64,000 nt of DNA, taken from the NCBI GenBank assembly GCA_965204375.1, contig OZ241986.1, positions 192,001-256,000 on the forward strand, read 5' to 3'. A program made the translations under genes and the position numbers. The notes under the pieces are model-generated. The model was given only the letters and a program-made list of their open reading frames with translations. It was not told the DNA's origin and did no database searches. Of the stretch, positions 38,847 through 47,699 are shown piece by piece. Position 1 is the first letter of the stretch. The number at the start of each line of letters is the position of its first letter. Source of the DNA: Candidatus Latescibacterota bacterium. GTDB lineage: Bacteria; Latescibacterota; UBA2968.

Positions 38847-40772
38847 ATGTTGAGCAGGATTCGCAGTATCATGCTGGTAACACTTGCCGCGGGTCTCATG
38901 TGGGGCTGTGGCGGCGAGCGCGGGATGGAGCCTTCCGGAGTAGATGAGCAGATTGGACGTCCGCTGAGTAAAATGGCTGTAGCGGGTGGTGGTATGTCTC
39001 AAGCGACGGTAGTGGCGACTGTGTCGCAAGATGATGCGCTTGTGGCAGGTGTGATGGTCGAGTTTGCGCGTTCTATTGCCGGGCAGGCGCCCGATTATCA
39101 GTGGTCGGGTATGACTGATGAGATGGGTCGCGTCACGGTGGAGATATCCGGCCAGGCGAGTGGATATTATCAGGCGCGTGCGTCTCGGGATGGCTCTGTG
39201 ATGGGGCGTTGGTCGAGTATTCCGATCAATGGAGGCTATACGTCAACAGTTGCGTTGCCCATTGGTGGGATGGCACGAGTGATAGGTTCGTCTCGACCCA
39301 TATCAGTTGGCCTTGTCGTGTCCCAAACGGGGCGGCTATCCGCGGTAGGACAGGCGTTTATCAGTGGCTTTGAAATGGCTCGTGAAGAGGTGGAATCGCA
39401 GCCGGGCGGTGCGAGTTTGAGGTTTATTATCGAGGATGATCAGAGTACAATAGAAGGGGGTAAGGCTGCGTATAATAAACTCATTCATGAAGATGGCGTG
39501 CCGGCTATTCTCGGTGTTTTTTCTTCTACCATCGTGCGCGAGGTGTTTCCCATTGCGCAGGAAAATGGGGTTGTGGCGATTAGTCCCACTTCGGCTGCGC
39601 GCGGCCTCAGCGCAATTGGCGATTTTGTTTTTCGCGTCAGTCTTACCGTTGATGCGTTGATTCCGAGCAGTGTAAAACTGACTCGAGAAAAATTGGGCTA
39701 TGAGCGCGTGGCTACGATGTTTGAAAGCGGAGATGTTTTTTCGCAGAGTAGCGACGAAGTGTTGAAAAGTGCCTTTAGTGAGAATGGCGTCGAGGTTCTC
39801 ACTACTGAGACTTTTGAAACCGGCGATATGGATTTTTCCGCACAGTTTTCCCGGATTGTGGCGTTGAATCCAGATGCGATTTTTGTTTCGGCTTTGCCAG
39901 CAGGGAGGATACAGGCTCTGATCGATGGGAGACAACACGGCATTCCTATTCTGATTCCCGGGCTCACTATAGACGAGGTAGATCGCGCTGGGGAGGCGGC
40001 CGAGGGGGCAATTAGTTTTACGTCGTGGAGCAGCACGGGCAATATACCGGCCAATCGCGCCTTTATTGAGAATTACATGGCGAAATACGGCACCGAACCG
40101 AACCGATACGCCGCTACGGCCTACGCGACGGTTCATATTTTTGCAAAGGCGATTGCAGATGCCCCGTCCTCCGATCCGCGCGCAATTCGGGATGCGCTGG
40201 CTCAAATCGAGAATTTGGATACGGTTTTGGGCGCGTTCTCATTTGACGCCAATGGAGATGCGATTTTCAATCCGGCTGTTGTGGTTGTTAAGGATGGGAA
40301 ATTTGAGAATTTTGGGTCGTCACTGCCAACGGCAACTGCGATTATTAACGAGACGAATGAAAGCGGCTTAACCGGAAAAGCGGTTTTCACACAGAACGGC
40401 GATAATATCAAGTTCGTCATCTCAGTCGCTAATGCGTCTCCAGGCGAACACGCTGTCCATATCCACGAAACTGGCGATTGCAGTGCATCGGACGGAACTT
40501 CGGCTGGCGGGCATTGGAATCCCACTGGCGTGGCACACGGAAAATGGGGCGAAGGTGAATTTCATCTGGGTGACATCGGCAATTTGACAGCCAATGCACA
40601 GGGCATGGGAAAACTTGAACTGACGACAAATCTTTGGGAGATGAACACTGGCTCAGATATAGATTTTGTCGGAAAAGCGATTATCGTCCATGCGGATGCT
40701 GATGATTTTGTCTCACAACCTTCGGGGAATGCTGGCCCGCGAATTGGTTGCGGCGTGATTAAAATGGATTGA
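38847..40772 (+). CDS. Lipoprotein: N-terminal beta domain + LivJ-type solute-binding protein + Cu/Zn superoxide dismutase
   Basis: Lipobox MWGC; VGLVVSQTG, IIEDDQS, ETGDMDFSAQ (PBP type 1); HAVHIHETGDC, AGGHWNP, HLGDIGN, IIVHADADD, GNAGPRIGCGVI (SodC). Confidence 0.88.
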   Translation: MLSRIRSIMLVTLAAGLMWGCGGERGMEPSGVDEQIGRPLSKMAVAGGGMSQATVVATVSQDDALVAGVMVEFARSIAGQAPDYQWSGMTDEMGRVTVEISGQASGYYQARASRDGSVMGRWSSIPINGGYTSTVALPIGGMARVIGSSRPISVGLVVSQTGRLSAVGQAFISGFEMAREEVESQPGGASLRFIIEDDQSTIEGGKAAYNKLIHEDGVPAILGVFSSTIVREVFPIAQENGVVAISPTSAARGLSAIGDFVFRVSLTVDALIPSSVKLTREKLGYERVATMFESGDVFSQSSDEVLKSAFSENGVEVLTTETFETGDMDFSAQFSRIVALNPDAIFVSALPAGRIQALIDGRQHGIPILIPGLTIDEVDRAGEAAEGAISFTSWSSTGNIPANRAFIENYMAKYGTEPNRYAATAYATVHIFAKAIADAPSSDPRAIRDALAQIENLDTVLGAFSFDANGDAIFNPAVVVVKDGKFENFGSSLPTATAIINETNESGLTGKAVFTQNGDNIKFVISVANASPGEHAVHIHETGDCSASDGTSAGGHWNPTGVAHGKWGEGEFHLGDIGNLTANAQGMGKLELTTNLWEMNTGSDIDFVGKAIIVHADADDFVSQPSGNAGPRIGCGVIKMD

Positions 40773-40818
40773 TCTATCGCGTTCCCTATGGGCGACGCTT
40801 AGTGTAGAGGACAAGTAG

Positions 40819-40852
40819 AGGGCGAGTTTTTTACTCGCCCTTTTTATTTTTT
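40819..40852 (+). terminator. Intrinsic terminator
   Basis: AGGGCGAGT-TTTTT-ACTCGCCCT followed by T-run, between convergent genes. Confidence 0.8.
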
Positions 40853-40863
40853 GCCAGTGGATT

Positions 40864-41682
40864 TTAGAAAAAGGGGAAAAGTTTTGGGATGTTGGCATTT
40901 GTGAGCGCGCTGCCGTATTCGCAGCCTTCATAAGCTTCGGCATATTGGATTTTTGAGCCGCGTTCTGCACCGTAGTATTTGATCAATAGGTCGCGATAGC
41001 GATCCGCTATGACGCGAAATTGATTGAGGCGATGCCGCAACCATTCGCGGCGGCTCTGTGGGGATTCGGGTACCTGGTCGAGGTGGCCCGCGTTGAAGGG
41101 CAACCATTCGTACATTTGCGATGTGTGGCAGTGGAGCATGTCGAGTTTTTTTTCAATGACATCGTCTATGGCTATGACGACATCGGGAGAGAAAGGTTGC
41201 GGTTTCTGGAAGTTGTCGCTCAGGTACGCGATGACGGGATTGTACGACAGGGCGGGGGTGTCTGTGCAGATGTTGGGCACGGTGACCATGTATGCCGAGT
41301 CTTGCACGAGGATGGATGTGTAGCGGTGATCGGGATGGTAGTCGTTGGGGCGATGGGTCAGGATGAGGTCTGGCGTATAGTTGCGAATCAGGCGAATGAT
41401 TTTTTTGCGGTTTTCGAGGGTGGGTTCAAGTTCGCCATCGTGATTGTCGATTACGTGGTATTCGATGCCCGCGACCGCACCTGCTGCCTGGGCTTCGGCG
41501 CGGCGGCGGCGGGCGAGTTCAACGCCACCAATTTCGTGATGGCCCGCGTCGCCGTTGGTGACAGAGACAAATTTTACCTCGTGTCCGAGGTTTGCGTATT
41601 TGATGGCGATGCCGCCCGCTTTGATATCGCAATCGTCGGGATGAGCGCCAAAGACAATGATTTTCAGGGCATGGTTGTTCAT
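40864..41682 (-). CDS. PIG-L/LmbE family deacetylase
   Basis: GAHPDD, TNGDAG, RRAEA, DYHPDH. Confidence 0.92.
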   Translation of the reverse strand: MNNHALKIIVFGAHPDDCDIKAGGIAIKYANLGHEVKFVSVTNGDAGHHEIGGVELARRRRAEAQAAGAVAGIEYHVIDNHDGELEPTLENRKKIIRLIRNYTPDLILTHRPNDYHPDHRYTSILVQDSAYMVTVPNICTDTPALSYNPVIAYLSDNFQKPQPFSPDVVIAIDDVIEKKLDMLHCHTSQMYEWLPFNAGHLDQVPESPQSRREWLRHRLNQFRVIADRYRDLLIKYYGAERGSKIQYAEAYEGCEYGSALTNANIPKLFPFF

Positions 41683-41691
41683 AGTAGTTCC

Positions 41692-42876
41692 TCAATTTAA
41701 TGGGTTTTCTTGTTTTCCATATAGGCGATAGAGGCCCACACCGCAGGCGAGTGCGCCGAGGCAAAATAAGACGGAGATGCCAAAGGGCCAGATAGGCCCC
41801 TTGTCGATGAGTTTTCCGCCGCCGAGGCTGCCGGAGAGCATGCCCAGGCTCCAGGCGAGGTGGGCTGCGCCAACGACGCGGCCTTTTTCGTCTTCGCGGG
41901 CGATCAATTGTATGAGGCCCGGCATGGTGGTCGATAGAGACCAGGCCGAGGCGGTTGCGAGAATGCCAAAGGCATAAATGCCAGTAAGGGTGTGCGCGGT
42001 GAGGGCGAGACCGAGGGCGCTGATGGCGACGAGCGATGCGGAGACGAGGATGGGACGCCAGCGCCCAATGCGGTCGCAAAGCCGGCCAGTGAGTACTTGA
42101 AAACAGGCTGCAATGATCAGGCTGATGGCACTGTAATTCGTGGCTGCGGTGCTGGTGCCCGCAATGCGAAAGATGAGTAGGGGTAAGAGCAAGGTGACGG
42201 CACCCCAATAGCTGGTGGGCAGGTAGCGGATGCCCAACAGGAGGCATACGTCGAGACGGCGGAGCAGTTGAATGAATTCGGAGAGATTGCGACTATTGTC
42301 GGCAGATTTTGGCGAGGGGATCGCGGGGAGGATCAGGATGCTCATCAGGACGAGCACTACCCCTGCGAGTGTGATGCAAAAACCGAGGGTTTGAAATCCA
42401 AATGTATCCGCGATGGGACCAGAGAGAAAATTTCCCGAAGCCGAGCCGAGGGTGTTGCCGAGAAAATAACCAGCCGATGCGATGCCGATGACAGAGGATG
42501 GGGCTGCGCTGATGAGATAGCTTTGTCCTCCGGCGCTGTTAAAGCCAGAGGAGATGCCAATACCGGTACACAGAGCAGTCAGGAGGAGAGGATCGCCGCT
42601 GTAAAAAATAACTCCGGCGAGAATAGGTCCCAAAGTGCCGAGGACGTAAACGGGTTTGACACCCCAGGTATCGGCAAGGCGGCCCGCAGGTACGGCAAAG
42701 ACACCGCCTAAAATGAGAAATGCTGCACGCAATCCCCCGGAAAAGAGGGGTGTGCCGAGCAAGTCTGCTTCGACATATACGGGGAGGAGGGTGTTGAGGG
42801 GTGCAGAGACAAAGCTGCTAAAAAAAGAGACGATGAGCAGGGCGATGAAACGGCGATTGAGGAGTTCGGAATACAT
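41692..42876 (-). CDS. MFS transporter
   Basis: ~12 TM segments; GRLADTWG and GRLCDRIGR motifs. Confidence 0.9.
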   Translation of the reverse strand: MYSELLNRRFIALLIVSFFSSFVSAPLNTLLPVYVEADLLGTPLFSGGLRAAFLILGGVFAVPAGRLADTWGVKPVYVLGTLGPILAGVIFYSGDPLLLTALCTGIGISSGFNSAGGQSYLISAAPSSVIGIASAGYFLGNTLGSASGNFLSGPIADTFGFQTLGFCITLAGVVLVLMSILILPAIPSPKSADNSRNLSEFIQLLRRLDVCLLLGIRYLPTSYWGAVTLLLPLLIFRIAGTSTAATNYSAISLIIAACFQVLTGRLCDRIGRWRPILVSASLVAISALGLALTAHTLTGIYAFGILATASAWSLSTTMPGLIQLIAREDEKGRVVGAAHLAWSLGMLSGSLGGGKLIDKGPIWPFGISVLFCLGALACGVGLYRLYGKQENPLN

Positions 42877-42901
42877 TTTTTAATTTTTTTTATTTTCGGC
42901 C

Positions 42902-42932
42902 TTGACTCTCCAGTTACTGGAAGGTGTATATT
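42902..42932 (+). promoter_or_regulatory. MerR-type promoter with 19-bp spacer and dyad operator
   Basis: TTGACT-CTCCAGTTACTGGAAGGTG(19 bp)-TATATT; dyad TCCAGT-T-ACTGGA in the spacer. Confidence 0.85.
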
Positions 42933-42977
42933 GTCCTTTGAAGGCCTTCAAACACCCGTATCACATGGAGAGAATCC

Positions 42978-43781
42978 ATGCTCAAAATTGGAGAATTTTC
43001 CAGGCTTGTCGATGTGCCGGTCAAGACGTTGCGCTACTACGACGAGATCGGTTTGTTCAAATCCGATTACATCGATGAGCAAACCGGCTACCGCTTTTAC
43101 TCATTCGAGCAACTCCCGCGGCTCAATCGCCTGCTGGCTCTCAAAGATCTGGGTATGTCGCTGAGCCAGATTGATCAAATGTTGAAAGAAGACCTTTCGG
43201 CTGATCAACTTCGCGATATGTTTTTGGTGAAACAGGCCGAACTCGAAGATCTTGCCAGAGATATCCGAGAACGCATTGCCCGAGTGGAAGCTCGACTGAT
43301 TCTTATCGAAAAGGAGGATAAAATGTCAGATTATGAAGTTGTTATCAAGACAGTTGAACCGGCTCTGGTCGCTTCCAAACAGGGGACCGTTCCACACTTT
43401 GCAGCCATCGGTTCTGTGATGGACCGCCTGTACAATGGGGTTGTCGCCCATATTGTGAAACACAAAGGACAGTTTGCGGGACCGGGCATTACAGTATGGC
43501 ATGAAAATTTCAAACCCGAAGCAAACATACCGATTAAAAAAACCATACCAGAAGGTGATGATGTCAAGATCCGCGAGTTGCCGGGTGATCAAATGGCGTG
43601 TCTGGTGCATCACGGAGGCTTTGAAGGCTTTCCGCAGGCTTATCAAGCGGGCGTTCAATGGATTGAGGCCAACGGCTATGAGATCACCGGACCCAATCGG
43701 GAAGTGTATTTGCAATTCAGACCCGATGGCGATCCGAAGGATTATGTGACGGAAATACAGTTTCCTGTGGCAAAAGTATAA
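42978..43781 (+). CDS. MerR family regulator with GyrI-like effector domain (BmrR-like)
   Basis: MLKIGEFSRL..TLRYYDEIGL..TGYRFY; C-terminal GPNREVYL..TEIQFPV. Confidence 0.93.
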   Translation: MLKIGEFSRLVDVPVKTLRYYDEIGLFKSDYIDEQTGYRFYSFEQLPRLNRLLALKDLGMSLSQIDQMLKEDLSADQLRDMFLVKQAELEDLARDIRERIARVEARLILIEKEDKMSDYEVVIKTVEPALVASKQGTVPHFAAIGSVMDRLYNGVVAHIVKHKGQFAGPGITVWHENFKPEANIPIKKTIPEGDDVKIRELPGDQMACLVHHGGFEGFPQAYQAGVQWIEANGYEITGPNREVYLQFRPDGDPKDYVTEIQFPVAKV

Positions 43782-43837
43782 GCAGGGGCAGGTTTTGAGC
43801 GACGTACAACTGCGATAGCAGTTCAACCCGCCCGTAC
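43782..43837. repeat. REP-like palindrome (same family as 8716-8779)
   Basis: GCAGGGGCAGGTTTTGAGCGACGTACAACTG..CAGTTCAACCCGCCCGTAC. Confidence 0.7.
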
Positions 43838-43857
43838 ATCAGCGTTCGGCATTAGAG

Positions 43858-43893
43858 AAATACCGGGATGATTTTGTGTCCCGGTATTTTTTT
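43858..43893. terminator. Bidirectional intrinsic terminator
   Basis: AAATACCGGGA...TCCCGGTATTTTTTT between convergent genes. Confidence 0.8.
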
Positions 43894-44620
43894 AATATAT
43901 GAAGTCCGATTTGTATTGTTCGATGCAGTCGTGGCGCGTGCCTTCAAAGAGGTAGATTTTGCCGCGTATAGTCGCGGTTTCTCCGGGCGCGAGGGCACCT
44001 GCGCGAATGGACTGGTGCATACAGCGCCAGGGGTTGTGACCCTGAACGGATATAAAGTCTGCCCAGGCTATGCCCGCAATCCATGTGCGCTCTGTGGATT
44101 CGCGCATCAGAATGCCGCCCGTGGCATTGGTGGGTGATGTGGGCCATTTGTCAGACCAGACGGTTTCAGTGTCTATTGCGCTGCGATAGGTGTGGTTGTA
44201 GTGAATGTCGCGGTGGATGAGGGGGACCAGGCCTTCTTCGGCGAGGAACCATGTCCGCTCGTGGTCGTCGTCAAAAAATGCCCGGGTTTCGGAAACTTCG
44301 GGCTGTTTGCCGGGGTTAAAGCAGGGGATGATTGCGGCAATTTCGGGCCAGGTACGGTCGGTTTTGTTGGTGATAGAGAGTTGCAGGTCAGCCCCATTTT
44401 CACGTCCTGCGACGTTGAGACGCAGACCGAGGTCGGGGTGTTCGAGAATACCCTCATTGTCATTTAGTGTTTTTTGCGGTACATGCGCACCACCCGTGTG
44501 CTGGCCCGGGTGTACGGCTTCAAACATGTTCCACTCGTAGAACCAGAGGTACATGGTTAAGTCATCTCGCCCATCGGGCGTGAATGAAAATCCGCGTCGC
44601 CATTTATTTAATGTGATCAT
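43892..44620 (-). CDS. Hypothetical protein
   Basis: 242-aa ORF with protein-like composition; no recognised motif. Confidence 0.7.
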   Translation of the reverse strand: MITLNKWRRGFSFTPDGRDDLTMYLWFYEWNMFEAVHPGQHTGGAHVPQKTLNDNEGILEHPDLGLRLNVAGRENGADLQLSITNKTDRTWPEIAAIIPCFNPGKQPEVSETRAFFDDDHERTWFLAEEGLVPLIHRDIHYNHTYRSAIDTETVWSDKWPTSPTNATGGILMRESTERTWIAGIAWADFISVQGHNPWRCMHQSIRAGALAPGETATIRGKIYLFEGTRHDCIEQYKSDFIY

Positions 44621-44698
44621 TTTTTAGCTTTCAGCGGTCATTCCCAGCCCAATTCCTCCATCCTACAGGTTTTTATCACTCTCCAGTGCAGGCTCTGC

Positions 44699-45502
44699 TT
44701 ATCCTTCAATCCTGCTTATCCTGATTGATCCTGATTTAGATATTTTTGCCATGCCATTGGGCATGAAAATTTCGTGGCGCTCGGGGTCGGAGTAGCCTTC
44801 GATTTCCATGTGGGTGACGCCGGGGCTTTCGATAGCGGCTTTAACAATGTGTTTGTTAAATGTGCTGACAATTTCACTGGAGAGATACTCTGAGACGGGC
44901 AACCAGAGGCATTCTTCGATTTCTTCAGCCTGTATGGAAATATTTTCGCTCAAGGGAGAGAGGCGGCAGACAAAGTAGATGTCCGATTTGTCGTAGCGGT
45001 AGCCGTGCCAGTGCCGGAAGCAGACCAGTTTTTCAAATTTTGTACGCACGCCGGTTTCTTCGAAGACTTCGCGCTGGACGCAGTCGGCAATGTGTTCGCC
45101 CGGGTGCAGAGCACCTCCGGGTAGTTTGTAGTAGGGCGATTCAGAGCGGCGGTGCAATTCGCTGACGACCAGGAGTTCTGCGCGCTCGTTGATGACGACT
45201 CCACCAGCGCCGATGTAATGCGTGGCGTATTCGGGTATGAGAGCGTTGGGTTCGAGGCGTTTGGTGAGTAAAAGATAGTCTGTTCCCGAGTGGTGAAATG
45301 TGAATCCCGATTGTGTTGCCACTGGAATGAGCGCGGCCCGTTCAATGGGGATGTTGATCCAGACGACCTTAAATGCCTCGCGTTTCCACTCCTGGAGGGA
45401 TGCTGAAAGGCGCGTGCGAAATTCCTCGGGGTCAGGCGGCAGTGCTGTTGGATCCAGTTCAATGCCCTGAAAGCGGTTTGGCGTGGCTTCGAGTATTTGC
45501 AT
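44699..45502 (-). CDS. NUDIX hydrolase with pre-Nudix domain (NUDT6-like)
   Basis: GFTFHH, YATHYIGAGG, Nudix box GGALHPGEHIADCVQREVFEETG, SDIYFVC. Confidence 0.9.
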   Translation of the reverse strand: MQILEATPNRFQGIELDPTALPPDPEEFRTRLSASLQEWKREAFKVVWINIPIERAALIPVATQSGFTFHHSGTDYLLLTKRLEPNALIPEYATHYIGAGGVVINERAELLVVSELHRRSESPYYKLPGGALHPGEHIADCVQREVFEETGVRTKFEKLVCFRHWHGYRYDKSDIYFVCRLSPLSENISIQAEEIEECLWLPVSEYLSSEIVSTFNKHIVKAAIESPGVTHMEIEGYSDPERHEIFMPNGMAKISKSGSIRISRIEG

Positions 45503-45591
45503 GGATTACCTCGTTCATAGGATGGTTGTGACCGGCACATGGTAAGGAACATCACAAAATCGGGCAAGGGATTTGCGGTGGGCAGTTCTAC

Positions 45592-45620
45592 TTGACAGCG
45601 GTCATGAGGACAATCATATT
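45592..45620 (+). promoter_or_regulatory. Putative sigma70 promoter
   Basis: TTGACA-17 bp-CATATT upstream of the 45696 gene. Confidence 0.55.
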
Positions 45621-45695
45621 GAATAAAGAAAAAAAATGATGTACGAGGTTGAAACAGTTGATGGGTTGGAGGCGTTAAATTGAGGGAGGGGTAAC

Positions 45696-46892
45696 ATGGT
45701 GTCTATTTTTGATCAGTTGGGTGTACGCACGATTATCAATGCTGCCGGGCCAGTTACGCGTTTGAGCGGGGCGCGCATGGATGAGGATGTGATCGATGCT
45801 ATGCGCGAGGCTTCGCAGGTGTGCGTAGATATCGCAGAGCTACAGGCAGGGGCAGGGCAGTTGATTGCCGAAGTGACAGGTGCCGAAGCCGGATATGTGA
45901 CATCGGGTGCTGCAGCAGGTCTGGTGCTCGCAACGGCGGCATGTGTTACGGGTATGGATCCGGGAAAGATGAACCGATTGCCCGATGCTTCGGGGATGAA
46001 AAATGAGGTGATTATGCCCCGGTCACATCGCAATTTTTACGATCACGCGGTGCGTTCGGTGGGTGTGACGCTCATTGAGGTGGGTATTCCAGATCGGTTT
46101 AGCGGCGCGGGGGTGCGCGATACAGAAGCTTGGGAAATTGCCGATGCGATAACCGATCAGACCGCGGCGATTGTTTACGTGGCGCAGTCTTTCGCGCAGC
46201 CTCCTTTGCCACAGGTGACGGCTGTGGCGCACAAATGCGGTGTGCCCGTCATTGTCGATGCTGCAGGACAGTTGCCGCCAGCGGCAAATTTGAAGCGGTT
46301 TATCAGCGAGGGTGCCGATGCTGTTTGTTTTAGCGGCGGAAAAACTATTGGCGGGCCTCAAGGGGCGGGCATTTTGTGCGGTCGCCGCGATCTGATTTCC
46401 TCGGCGGCATTGCAGCATCTGGATCTGGATGTGCATTATGACCTTTGGAACCCACCTCCTGAATTGATCGATAAATCCGCACTGCCAGGTGCGCCACAGC
46501 ACGGGATTGGGCGACCGTGCAAGGTGGGGAAAGAGCAGATTGCCGGGCTGATGGTTGCGTTGCAAAAGTTTGTCGCAGAAAGCGACGAGGCGCGGCAGGC
46601 TCGCTGGTCGCAGTGCCTTCAAAATTTGGCAGGCGAGATAAGTGATTTGCCGGGGTGCGATATTAGCATGGATGCCTACCGCACAATACCCATTTTGCGG
46701 CTCGTGCTTTCTCCGGCGGAAAGAGGTGTGGAAGTGGCGCGGCAGTTAATGGAAGGTGATCCGAGTATTCATGTTGGGACATCAGGCGTTTACGATGGCG
46801 TGTTGGTTTTTAATCCCATGTGTTTGTCAGGAGATATGATCAAACCGATTGCCGATCGGTTAAAAGAGTTAATTACGAGTTGCGATTCGTGA
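45696..46892 (+). CDS. SelA-like / DgaE family PLP-dependent enzyme
   Basis: IINAAGPVTRLSG, TSGAAAGL, IVDAAG, FSGGKTIGGPQ, IGRPCKVGKE. Confidence 0.85.
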   Translation: MVSIFDQLGVRTIINAAGPVTRLSGARMDEDVIDAMREASQVCVDIAELQAGAGQLIAEVTGAEAGYVTSGAAAGLVLATAACVTGMDPGKMNRLPDASGMKNEVIMPRSHRNFYDHAVRSVGVTLIEVGIPDRFSGAGVRDTEAWEIADAITDQTAAIVYVAQSFAQPPLPQVTAVAHKCGVPVIVDAAGQLPPAANLKRFISEGADAVCFSGGKTIGGPQGAGILCGRRDLISSAALQHLDLDVHYDLWNPPPELIDKSALPGAPQHGIGRPCKVGKEQIAGLMVALQKFVAESDEARQARWSQCLQNLAGEISDLPGCDISMDAYRTIPILRLVLSPAERGVEVARQLMEGDPSIHVGTSGVYDGVLVFNPMCLSGDMIKPIADRLKELITSCDS

Positions 46893-46960
46893 GATTCCCA
46901 ACCATTGTACGCAGGCTTTGCCTGAACACTAATTCCCCCATTTTACAAAGGAGGCGTGCC

Positions 46961-47647
46961 ATGGGTGTTATCACTATTTCAAGGGAATACGGCAGTGATG
47001 GCCGTACTGTTGCCCGGAAGGTTGCCGAGACACTGTCTTATCACAATATAGACAAAGATTTGCTCGTTGAGGTGGCGCAAAAAGCCAAAGTGCCCGTATC
47101 AGAAGTCGAACGCTATGACGAACTACCCGAACATCCCGCACTGAGAATTTTGCGAAAATTTCTCACGCCCGGATATGCAGATACCCTGACGGGGTTGTCG
47201 GAATACGAGTGGTGGGCAGCGGCGACTGTGCCCGAGTTGTCGGACCACAGAGATCAGGCACTGATAACCATGGATGAAGAGGTGTATGCGAAGTTGACCG
47301 CGGAGGTGGAGATGCAGATGGCCGATCAGGGCGATGTGGTTATATTGGGCAGAGGCGGGCAGGCTGTGTTAAAAGACCGCGAAGATACGTTGCATGTGCG
47401 CGTGGTGGCGACGCAAAATTTTAAACTGGATGTGGTGAAAGACCGCGATCAACTGACTAACGACGAGGATGCAATAAGGCGAATGAGAGGGGTGGATGAA
47501 CGCCGCAGGACGTACATCAAACGCCATTATAAGGTGAATTGGGATAATCCACATCTATACTCTGTCATAGTGAATACCGGCTTTCTCGGCGTTGATGGAG
47601 CCGTAGATGCGATTGTTTGTGCTGCACAGAAGGTGATCCGCAGATGA
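46961..47647 (+). CDS. Cytidylate kinase-like family protein
   Basis: VITISREYGSDG, VVILGRGG, LHVRVVA, DNPHLY; AAGGAGG RBS. Confidence 0.88.
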   Translation: MGVITISREYGSDGRTVARKVAETLSYHNIDKDLLVEVAQKAKVPVSEVERYDELPEHPALRILRKFLTPGYADTLTGLSEYEWWAAATVPELSDHRDQALITMDEEVYAKLTAEVEMQMADQGDVVILGRGGQAVLKDREDTLHVRVVATQNFKLDVVKDRDQLTNDEDAIRRMRGVDERRRTYIKRHYKVNWDNPHLYSVIVNTGFLGVDGAVDAIVCAAQKVIRR

Positions 47648-47666
47648 ACGCAGATGAACACAGATT

Positions 47667-47699
47667 GTAGGGACGAGGCATGCCTCGCCCCTCTTTTTT
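47667..47699. repeat. GTAG-type REP hairpin / terminator preceded by 9-10-mer repeats
   Basis: GTAG-GGACGAGGCA-TGCCTCGCCCCT-T-run; cgcagatgaa repeats at 47639-47665. Confidence 0.6.

Noticed and set aside
45696-46892. Selenocysteine synthase selA
   Set aside because: Lacks the SelA N-terminal domain and size, no selB/selC nearby; fits the DgaE/SelA-like group better.
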